From: a virus
IMG/VR virus record: IMGVR_UViG_3300033984_000416
Coordinates: 1 to 64,000 of that record
Strand: one strand, 5' to 3'
Length of the DNA stretch: 64,000 nucleotides
Each line of letters starts with the position of its first letter. Position 1 is the stretch's first letter. Below the pieces are notes generated by a model, which was not told the origin of the DNA, searched no databases, and saw nothing but the letters and a program-made list of their open reading frames with translations. Shown one piece after another: positions 53,974 through 62,300 of the stretch. The translations under genes were made by a program, and so were the position numbers.

Positions 53974-55026
53974 TTAAAAATTTAGTTTTTCTCTTTCGAT
54001 AAGCTTTTTGAATGGTATCAGATAATCTGGATACCTGTGTTCGCCAATTGTTTTATCTAACCCATCTCTTTTCATGTATATAAGAACATTTTTTAAATCT
54101 CTACCCGATGAGTCAAGGGTACCATCTATCAATTGTTCTAACTCTCTTATTCCATCTTCAGTCATCATTGGTTTCTTTAGGTTTACTAATCTTTCGTTTA
54201 TTTCGTAAACGTTAGTACCTTGCACACCTTCTGTGACTTTGTTGACGATGTTGTCTAACACCTTAAGAGGTGGTTTTTTTTCTTTAATTCTATTTTCTTG
54301 TAGTATTTTCGCTTCCTCTAGTACTTCAGTTAGACTTACATGTCTTTCACCGATTTGTGGGAAGTGAGTTAATAATGTTTTTTCACCTAAACCTTTTATT
54401 CCTTTAATAGAATCACTTTTATCTCCTAACATAGTCTTAACTAAAACGGAGTTTTCTTGATTATAACAAAAGTACGAAGAAAAATTGTCTTTTCCAACGT
54501 ATTTCTTCAAATGTAAGAAATAAATTTTAATATCTTCGCTAATTAGTTGAGCCATATCCACATCGTTGGTGCAAATGGTTATTTTTTCATTAGGGTTTTT
54601 GGTTAGACAATAATACGCTATGAAATCGTCACCTTCGATAATTTCATGTTTTAATTGTCTGATGTACATTTCATCTATGTATTCAATAGCTAATTCACGT
54701 TGTAATAATTCTGATTCATCTGTAGGTTGAGTGCCATTAATGAAATCTTTTCCTCTATCACTTTTGTAAGGTTCGTAAATTTCGTATCTAAGTTTACCAC
54801 TAAAATTCCCATCCCAGAATACGAAGACTCTATGGTATAGGTCCTCAGTTAATAACATTCTAAGTGTCGTGATAAATTGGTATAGGCCACCAACATGGTG
54901 TCCATTGACATTATAAGTGTCCTTGGCTCCGAAAAACCCTGTCTTGAACAGGGCATTTCCGTCTACCAATAAAGTATTTTGTATTTTTGAAACAGTTTCA
55001 CCGTTACGTGGTGGTCTTTTGTTCAT
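53974..55026 (-). CDS. 5'-3' exonuclease / RNase H (PolA N-domain, T4 rnh-like)
   Basis: LLVDGNALF, VFWDG, EGDDFIA, TNDVDMAQL, GDKSDSIKGIKGLGEKT. Confidence 0.92.
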   Translation of the reverse strand: MNKRPPRNGETVSKIQNTLLVDGNALFKTGFFGAKDTYNVNGHHVGGLYQFITTLRMLLTEDLYHRVFVFWDGNFSGKLRYEIYEPYKSDRGKDFINGTQPTDESELLQRELAIEYIDEMYIRQLKHEIIEGDDFIAYYCLTKNPNEKITICTNDVDMAQLISEDIKIYFLHLKKYVGKDNFSSYFCYNQENSVLVKTMLGDKSDSIKGIKGLGEKTLLTHFPQIGERHVSLTEVLEEAKILQENRIKEKKPPLKVLDNIVNKVTEGVQGTNVYEINERLVNLKKPMMTEDGIRELEQLIDGTLDSSGRDLKNVLIYMKRDGLDKTIGEHRYPDYLIPFKKLIEREKLNF

Positions 55027-55059
55027 GTTAGAACATTTAAAAGGTTAATAGACTAACTC

Positions 55060-56175
55060 TTAGTCTTTTTCGTAAGCATCAGCTTTAAAGTCTTCTTCAA
55101 CAACCTCAAAATCAGAAAAACTAGTCCCTAATTTAGCATTGATGAAAACGTTGTTTGCTTTAACATACGCATTTTTTTCATCTGGATTAACAAACCCGTG
55201 TGGTGTTGAACAAATGGAACCCATTCTCTCAATACCATTTACGTGATTTTTAACACATTCAATATCAGTTCTTACACCGAAATTAAAACTTCTACCACCA
55301 TTTACAGCATCTAATTTTTTAGCTGATGATGTTGACTTACCACCCATGTGAAAAATCATTCTAACACCGTATTTAAAACCTTCACCACCATTATGCATGA
55401 TTGTTGGTTGTCCCACAGCATTTGGTCTTAACCAAATTTTTTGTACAGCAACGAATGTGTTGATGTATGGGGCACCTTCTCTCCTAGAAGCTGGAATTCT
55501 GAAGTTCAATATTGATTCGAATTCTCTTTTTAAAGCACCAGCAGTCCATTGGTTATTGTTTGTGTTTGATACAGCACCTTGGTAGCAACCGATGGAACCG
55601 ATAGAATCCCAAAGGAATGTAATGTTGTGTGGAAATTCACCTTTTTCTTGTTTGTCTAAGATTTCGTTCATCAAACGTGCGATGTCTTCAACAACTGGAA
55701 TGTATCTTAAAGGTGTTGTTTTCATTTTGGCATCTTTATAATCAAAATTTTGATACATAGCTAGTAAATCACTACCACCAAAATACATAAAGTCTTCACC
55801 ATCATAATCTAGGATTTCTCCAGTGTCTTCATCAACAACTTCCTCGAATTTAAAACCGACTAACTTTGCGTGTTCCCAGTTAAAACTTCCTTCAGTATCT
55901 ATGATGATACAGTAATCTCCTAATTTTTGAGCTCCAGCTAACGATTCGTAAATCCCTGTTGATTTACCAACATCTGAAAACCCTCTAAATTGTGTTGTGT
56001 AACCTCTTGGAACCCCAGGCAATCCAACGGCATCATGGAAAGCTTTTTTAAACGGAATCCATGTTAAATCTTTTTCTTTAACGATTTGTTCACCTAAACC
56101 TAGGTTTTTCTTAAATGCTTTGTTGTCAAAAGCTTTTTTTTCAATAGGTTTCTTTTCTGGTTTTTTTTGTGCCAT
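55060..56175 (-). CDS. recA: RecA/UvsX-like recombinase
   Basis: GVPRG, Walker A GFSDVGKS, IIDTEG, Walker B FLWDSIG, KNHVNG. Confidence 0.88.
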   Translation of the reverse strand: MAQKKPEKKPIEKKAFDNKAFKKNLGLGEQIVKEKDLTWIPFKKAFHDAVGLPGVPRGYTTQFRGFSDVGKSTGIYESLAGAQKLGDYCIIIDTEGSFNWEHAKLVGFKFEEVVDEDTGEILDYDGEDFMYFGGSDLLAMYQNFDYKDAKMKTTPLRYIPVVEDIARLMNEILDKQEKGEFPHNITFLWDSIGSIGCYQGAVSNTNNNQWTAGALKREFESILNFRIPASRREGAPYINTFVAVQKIWLRPNAVGQPTIMHNGGEGFKYGVRMIFHMGGKSTSSAKKLDAVNGGRSFNFGVRTDIECVKNHVNGIERMGSICSTPHGFVNPDEKNAYVKANNVFINAKLGTSFSDFEVVEEDFKADAYEKD

Positions 56176-56211
56176 TCTTCTTATTAATTTTTCTTCTTGT
56201 TATTTTAGAAC

Positions 56212-56238
56212 AAAAAAGAGGCAATTTCTCACCTCTTT
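56212..56238 (-). terminator. probable weak intrinsic terminator after ssb
   Basis: AAAGAGG-N10-CCTCTTT plus a U-run. Confidence 0.65.
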
Positions 56239-56259
56239 ATGTTTTAGTTAAACCTCTAA

Positions 56260-57153
56260 TTAAAAAGGTAAATCATCTTCGTCTTCTTCAACGCTTACAG
56301 TTTCTGTAGTTGCTTCAGCAGCTTGTACATTAGCTTTAACGTTTTCAACACCCATTGTTAATTCAGACTCTAAAGTTGAATTTTCATCAGTACCGATTGA
56401 AGCTTTGTCAACGAATTTTTTCTCGTCCTTATCCCATACTGGAACACCACCTTTAACAATGATTTCTAAGTAATCGTAAGTTCTTACAGAATAAACATCT
56501 TCCCATGTTCTAGCATCTTCTAACCATTCCGTTTTTTGGTCTTGGTCTTCAGATAAACCACTTGGGTCTAAAGAAGCAACAGCTGATACAACTGGAATAC
56601 CGTTTTGATTTCTGTTAATAGTTAACAATAAATCTCTACCTGTCTCTGCGTTTGTAACATCTTTTTTGATTGCGTTAAGAACACCAATGATTTTGTCATA
56701 GATACCCTCTTTACGGTAATCGTGGTTGAATCTCCAGAATTTTACTCCTTCATCTTCGTTATCTCTATCGATAACTTTTACAACGTACATCTTACGTGCA
56801 TTGTATTTTTTAGCCAATTCTTTATCAGAATCTTTTCCAGTAGCCAATAAAGCTTCACGAGCTTCGCAGAAAGGACAAGCCTCACCTTTTTCATGTTTCA
56901 AACATGGGAATGTTTTCCATTCACCATCAACTTGAACTTTGTGTGCGTGTAATTCAACGAAAGGTGTAGAACCATCAGTTGTTGGAAGGACTCTAATTTG
57001 TTTAGTAGCCGATTTTACACCTTCTTTGATGAAAGTGTTAAAATAATTTTTTAAGTCATAAACCTTAGCGGTTTCTGATTTCACGTACTTCGGAGCGTTG
57101 TTCTTCTCGTACTGTGCTAACATTGCATCTAATGCATTTTTTTCATTACTCAT
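56260..57153 (-). CDS. ssb: T4 gp32-like single-stranded DNA-binding protein
   Basis: IRVLP, CLKHEKGEACPFC Zn site, VKVIDR, GRDL, acidic tail ending DDLPF. Confidence 0.88.
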   Translation of the reverse strand: MSNEKNALDAMLAQYEKNNAPKYVKSETAKVYDLKNYFNTFIKEGVKSATKQIRVLPTTDGSTPFVELHAHKVQVDGEWKTFPCLKHEKGEACPFCEAREALLATGKDSDKELAKKYNARKMYVVKVIDRDNEDEGVKFWRFNHDYRKEGIYDKIIGVLNAIKKDVTNAETGRDLLLTINRNQNGIPVVSAVASLDPSGLSEDQDQKTEWLEDARTWEDVYSVRTYDYLEIIVKGGVPVWDKDEKKFVDKASIGTDENSTLESELTMGVENVKANVQAAEATTETVSVEEDEDDLPF

Positions 57154-57204
57154 TTTTGTTTTTGTTTATATATTTACGTTATTTATTCTCTTCTTTTTAT
57201 ACTA

Positions 57205-57235
57205 CAAATATACGAAATTTTACAAAAAAGTCAAG
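57205..57235 (-). promoter_or_regulatory. Bacteroidota promoter CTTG-N19-TATATTTG (ssb P1)
   Basis: Consensus match. Confidence 0.8.
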
Positions 57236-57254
57236 CTTTTTTAACACTTATTTT
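57226..57254. repeat. second copy of the 29-bp promoter element
   Basis: 27/29 identical to 11535-11563, at the same offset from the -7 box. Confidence 0.8.
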
Positions 57255-57283
57255 AAAGTATTTTTATGTAATTTTCCTTTAAA

Positions 57284-57315
57284 CAAAGATACGAATGTTT
57301 TTCAAAGATTGCAAC
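57284..57315 (-). promoter_or_regulatory. Bacteroidota promoter GTTG-N20-TATCTTTG (ssb P2)
   Basis: Consensus match, tandem with P1. Confidence 0.75.
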
Positions 57316-57344
57316 ATTTTTACCGAAAAAAAAGTATATTAAAT

Positions 57345-57369
57345 AAAAAAGCCCCTAAAATAGGGGCTT
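57345..57369 (-). terminator. intrinsic terminator
   Basis: AAGCCCCTA-AAA-TAGGGGCTT plus a U-run. Confidence 0.9.
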
Positions 57370-57388
57370 AATTGTTATTTATAATTGA

Positions 57389-58123
57389 TTACATGTCTTC
57401 TTCATCAAACTCTTCTGGTGATGCACCAAAGCTTTTTTTTATTTGTGGTTCGCTAAAATCAGCATCAACATCATCTTGTGTCAACACATATTCTTTTTTC
57501 TTTTCTTCACCATTCATAACATCATATTGACCTTCTTTGTCGGCCCAATAATCTGTAAGTTTTTGTGAGTAAGGGAATGAACTTAATGAACGCATTTCTA
57601 ATTTTTCAACATCTGTTGGGTTTCTTTTTATGATTTCATTTTCCAATTCTTCAATCTTAGCACTTACCATATCCATCTTAGCGATACGAGATTCTAAGTC
57701 AGTTAATTTTTGTAAAAGCATTTCAGAATTTTGACTAGCTTTATCAGCTGCCATCTTCGCTTCTTCGGAACCTTTTACCAATGAAGTAACGTCTATTTCA
57801 ACATCGTCTGTAGCTGGTTCAGCTGGCATCGCTGGTGCTGGTTCAACTGGTGGTACCGAATCTGCTGGTTCGGCTGGTGCTTCTGCATCTGCTGGTGCAG
57901 TATCGTCAACACCTAATTCAGCTCCAATACTAGCCGCTGCATCATCTGCTGGTTCTAAATCTGTAGGAACTTCGTCTTCTTCTTCTAATTTTTTATCGAT
58001 TAATAGAGGTTTTTCATAAGCTACAGGTTCTTGATTTTCAGCGTACCATTGGTAACCTTCCATTTGGTTGAAACGTTTTAGCTCTTCTTTAAGTAACTCT
58101 GGGTTAAATTTTGTTTTCTTCAT
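57389..58123 (-). CDS. acidic Pro/Ala-rich coiled-coil protein, putative head scaffold/internal protein
   Basis: LLKEELKRF N-terminus, EPA repeats, coiled coil; downstream of a late motif. Confidence 0.55.
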   Translation of the reverse strand: MKKTKFNPELLKEELKRFNQMEGYQWYAENQEPVAYEKPLLIDKKLEEEDEVPTDLEPADDAAASIGAELGVDDTAPADAEAPAEPADSVPPVEPAPAMPAEPATDDVEIDVTSLVKGSEEAKMAADKASQNSEMLLQKLTDLESRIAKMDMVSAKIEELENEIIKRNPTDVEKLEMRSLSSFPYSQKLTDYWADKEGQYDVMNGEEKKKEYVLTQDDVDADFSEPQIKKSFGASPEEFDEEDM

Positions 58124-58317
58124 TAGAATAATAATTGTCTTCCGTCTTCTGTTATTATTTTTTTGTTTATTCTTTCTAAGATGCTTTTATCACCTTTGAT
58201 AATACAAACACCAGAACTACAATCTAAGTTAGGGTCTTGACCTTCAGTATTCAAAAAACTATCTAAGGTTTTATCCAAATTTTTAGTTGGTTGTTTTTCT
58301 ATTTTTTTATTTTCCAT
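58123..58317 (-). CDS. small hypothetical protein
   Basis: 64 aa, coupled to the next gene; ends KIITEDGRQLLF. Confidence 0.7.
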   Translation of the reverse strand: MENKKIEKQPTKNLDKTLDSFLNTEGQDPNLDCSSGVCIIKGDKSILERINKKIITEDGRQLLF

Positions 58318-58350
58318 GATATTAATTTTTAAGTATATTTTTATCTTTTA

Positions 58351-58358
58351 TATAAATA
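58351..58358 (-). promoter_or_regulatory. TATTTATA putative late promoter
   Basis: GATATTTATA, 33 nt before ATG 58317. Confidence 0.6.
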
Positions 58359-58369
58359 TCACAAAAACA

Positions 58370-58771
58370 TTAAAAAATCCTAGATATGTTGAAAATGGTA
58401 AGGTCTTTACCGTTTAATAGTATAAGTTTGTTTTGATATTCATCCCAATTTACCTTGATTGATTTATTATCAACGTTACCGATAGATTCTGGAAATTTTT
58501 GTTCAATAAGTTTATTTAACGCATTTATTGTATATAAAGCATTGCCTCGTTTGTGTATGGATACAGCACTTGGGAATAGATTTTTAAGGTTTAAAGGTTT
58601 ATCTTCTGGAATAACTATCTTGAAGGTAATAACGACCTTAGATTCATCATCTAGGTTCTCATACCCAAAGACTTTATCTTTATTGATATTAAATTTTACT
58701 TCTAAATAGTTTAGAAACCATTCAACTCTCTCTGGGAATATGAATGATGCTAGTAGTATCGTTTTGTTCAT
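58370..58771 (-). CDS. hypothetical protein
   Basis: 133-aa ORF; 50-bp overlap with the upstream gene. Confidence 0.75.
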   Translation of the reverse strand: MNKTILLASFIFPERVEWFLNYLEVKFNINKDKVFGYENLDDESKVVITFKIVIPEDKPLNLKNLFPSAVSIHKRGNALYTINALNKLIEQKFPESIGNVDNKSIKVNWDEYQNKLILLNGKDLTIFNISRIF

Positions 58772-59360
58772 TTTTTATAGAAAATAAGTAAGGTACGTAT
58801 CGAACTTTATTACCTAGTTCTTCCACAGTATTTTTATATTCTATAAGTATCTCATCAGCACCCAAAAAGACCGCACTCATTGACTTAATTTTATTTCTTA
58901 TCTTATCTGAATTTAACCCAATGTAAGATAATAGCTTCAAATCCACACCAAATAGATATTTTTCACCATATAGATAAATCATATCACCTTGAACATATGT
59001 GATAATTTTTTTCAATGAGTAAATTTTTCTTATTATTTTCCAAAGTGTTCTGCTTCGATACTGTAATGGGTCAACAAAAATATAAGTTATTTCTTTTGTT
59101 AAATCACCATATACCTTACGAATAAACCAAGACATGTCTTCTTGGAATTTATCCCTCTTTTCGGTTCGCTTGAATGTCCAATAGAGATTAGGTTCAACAC
59201 GAATATCCATAATATCAAAATCTGGGTAGTGTTTGTTTACATAGTCATACCCGACAATTAGTGTAGGTAACCCATGGATTATTTCATCCATGGATTGTAC
59301 TACATTAAATTCTTCTGAAACGTCTATTTTATTGTTTGAAACTATATTTGCAATTTTCAT
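58722..59360 (-). CDS. hypothetical protein
   Basis: 212-aa ORF with its own perfect host-type promoter. Confidence 0.8.
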   Translation of the reverse strand: MKIANIVSNNKIDVSEEFNVVQSMDEIIHGLPTLIVGYDYVNKHYPDFDIMDIRVEPNLYWTFKRTEKRDKFQEDMSWFIRKVYGDLTKEITYIFVDPLQYRSRTLWKIIRKIYSLKKIITYVQGDMIYLYGEKYLFGVDLKLLSYIGLNSDKIRNKIKSMSAVFLGADEILIEYKNTVEELGNKVRYVPYLFSIKNEQNDTTSIIHIPRES

Positions 59361-59364
59361 ACTG

Positions 59365-59396
59365 CAAAGGTACTAAATTATTTTGAATAAACCAAA
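59365..59396 (-). promoter_or_regulatory. Bacteroidota promoter TTTG-N20-TACCTTTG (ATG 4 nt downstream)
   Basis: Perfect consensus. Confidence 0.85.
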
Positions 59397-59397
59397 T

Positions 59398-62300
59398 TTA
59401 TGCGTAACTTGCAAGATTTGGTGGGTTAGGTGGTGTACCATCTTTTATTTGTTTACCAGCATATTCCCAATAAAAATTATTATTAGTTTTATCTGGTGTT
59501 CTACTAATAACACCAACAGCTTTTGACGATTTTGGGTTATAAGCTAAAAATTCAGTCCTAGTACCTATAAATGACCTAGAATTCTCCTGTAATGTTGTAT
59601 CTTTTAGTGCCGCAATTGTTTCAGTTAAGAAAGATTTAGCTTTACTACTAGTTATTGATTTAGAATTCATAACTGCTTTAATTGCAGTTTGTTCGTCAGA
59701 TATAGCTTTCCATTCTGGTCTATTCTTAAATGTTGGTTCGTATTGACCTTCCTGTACCACAACCTCTTTGATTGTTTTACCGTATGGTTGTTTAGGTACT
59801 GAAACTCTGTTATAAATTGATTGTGCAACATCGGCTCTACTTTGTGGGCCACCAGCTTCTAAAGAACATATCGCCATCAACGCCCAATAATCTGCTTTAT
59901 CACCTAAAACAATTTCAACACCATCTTTATATTTTATTTGTTTATAAATACAATCTTTATAAATACTATCCTTACCATCATTTGATTTAGGGTTTTTAAC
60001 AAAATCAAATTGAGCTTGGAATTTTTTAATTTTATACCCACCAGTTGATGTTGGGTTATCTTTAGCACAATATTGAGCAGCAGTACCTTGGTATTCAAAA
60101 TGCCAGTATTCGTTATAACTACCAACGCCATCTCTCATTAAATATGGTAATTCAAAACCATATCTATATGAATTTTCTAATAACCATTCTAATGCTGGGT
60201 TGTTGGCAATATCAAAATATTTGACTAGACCATTTGTATTATCTATTTTAGTTCCATCTTTTTCAAAATAACCTAAATCAATAGCAATACCCCATTGGTG
60301 ATTCGACACACCTTTACTAGCATTTGAACCAGCCGCAGCTTGGTCGGCTTCAGTTCTATAAGCTGATGTTATTCTAGCAAAAGTTTTACCATTATCAGTT
60401 CCTTTGAAACCATTTTCTTTCATCCATGTAACCCAATCTTTTAACATATTTTCTAATGGTACAATTGCTTCAGCAATTAAACGATTTTTGTGTTTATCAT
60501 TTTTAGATGTAAGTTGATTTGAGATACCAGCTATAGTTGGTATTTCTAATAATTTAATATTTTTAGCCTCAATATTAGACGGTGAACCACCGTTATCAAT
60601 TATTGTTAATACTATTGCTGGGTATGCTTTAGTACTAGAAACATTAGTAACCGCACCATCACCAGCTTGGCTTGTATCCATTCCTTCGGCTAACGACATG
60701 TATAAATCCATTGCTGTCATTAATGGTGTTTCTGTGTATTTAATCCTAACACCACTAAAATTTGTCATCATTGAGTTTGGTTTAATAGAATGTTTAACCC
60801 TAGTAATCATATAGGCACCATGAAACATTGGTATATTATCCAATTGGAAATACATCATTGGTTGAATCATAGCATTACCCATCATTTCTATTTCTGCCGT
60901 ATAACTTCTTACTGAATATACATTATAAATGTTTTGACCAGCTATTGTTCTATTTGTTTCAGAACCTTTTTGTGATATGTCTTCCTGTATTTGAAGTGAC
61001 TCATCAGTTTCTGAAAATTCGCTTTGGTCTAGGTTGATATCTTTAAATATATTTTGATTTTGTTGACTGTATTTTACAGTAAACACACCCATACCATCTT
61101 CAAAATCATTTAAGTCGGTTGTAAAATCATCTGGAACGGTACTTGGACTAACGTTACCATTTTCATCACATCGTAAATTTATACCATCATCTGGATAATC
61201 AGCATTTTTGTAGTCTAAGTGTTTAGATTTTTGTCCAGAGTATACACATACAAAAGTTGGCCCACACGAACCTTTTGTTACCGCCTCACCATAGTTTGGA
61301 AATGGTTTAAAAATTGATTCAACTTCTTTTGGGTCACGGAAATTAATAAATGTTGGTAACGCCACAAAATCAAATTTATTAGACGCTAACATTGAACTAA
61401 TAGCATCGTAAGCACTAGTGTTTGAATTTTCAACCAAGTAATCATTGATTGGTAGTGGGTTAATATATAACTTATCACCAATATCTTTAAACGACCTACT
61501 AACAAATCTAAAAGAGTCTATAAATTTAGGTGTTTTATTACCATAATGGTCACCTAATTTAGCATCTACGTTGCTTCGACCACCGTCAACACCACCACAT
61601 TGATAAAGTATTTTATCAGCACTAGTTGTTCCAGCTAACCATTTATCACGTATGTTTTTACATGTTCTATATAATTGTAACTTAATCACATCTTCATTGG
61701 CAGTACCAAATAAAGATTGTTCTAAATTTTTTTTAACATTTACATCAGAATAAGCACTAGCAGTTGTTTGTAATTTTTTTAATATAGTGTTAATGTATAA
61801 ATCAAAATTTTTCTTAGTTACAGAAATTTCTTCAAATTCATTTCTATTCGTTGTGGCTACAGATGCTGACCCACCACCACCAATAGCCCCAGAGCCACCA
61901 TATGTACCTACTTGTGTTGTAGTTGTACCTACTTTTGTCCATATTTTATAACCAGTATTTGCGATGATAACAGGTTGCATCAATGCCGACATTAATGTGG
62001 TTACAGCACTATTGTTTGTATAATCACCATCTAGTTCTAAAGCTAAGTAATCAGTATGCACCGATGCTGACGAACCATCTGTTGTTGGTAAAGGTGTAAT
62101 TATTTTATATGCTTTACCGTTTGAACCGTTTCTAAAATTTGGATTTGTGAAACTTGATGCTGGAACGTTGTAGACATCTTTATCTTTATCTAGTGTTATT
62201 GTTACACGCAATGCTTTTAACCATACATTAAAATCACCACCAGAACCAGTCCATATTTCTAAGTTTTCACTTATAGATTTCCATGATATCATACCGTCAG

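Noticed and set aside
48624-56175. Inteins or introns in nrdA, nrdB, dnaB and recA
   Set aside because: Lengths are ordinary; no C/S...HN-C/S/T splice motifs or LAGLIDADG/HNH inserts were seen.
57154-57388. Longest intergenic region as a possible ncRNA, tRNA or origin
   Set aside because: Accounted for by a terminator, two promoters and the shared 29-bp element; no cloverleaf or iteron array is visible.
2657-58358. TATAAATA on the plus strand read as T4 late promoters driving antisense RNA
   Set aside because: The motif tracks gene orientation as TATTTATA, including the flip at 17901, and sits just upstream of starts. The antisense reading is disfavoured but not excluded without TSS data.
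649-58709. Numerous plus-strand ORFs in the supplied track (e.g. 2691-2957, 9295-9894, 13260-13778, 44206-44613, 46899-47630)
   Set aside because: They lie antisense to well-supported genes, are Ser/Leu/Phe-rich mirrors of Glu/Lys codons, and lack upstream signals. Only 17922-18308 occupies its own gap.
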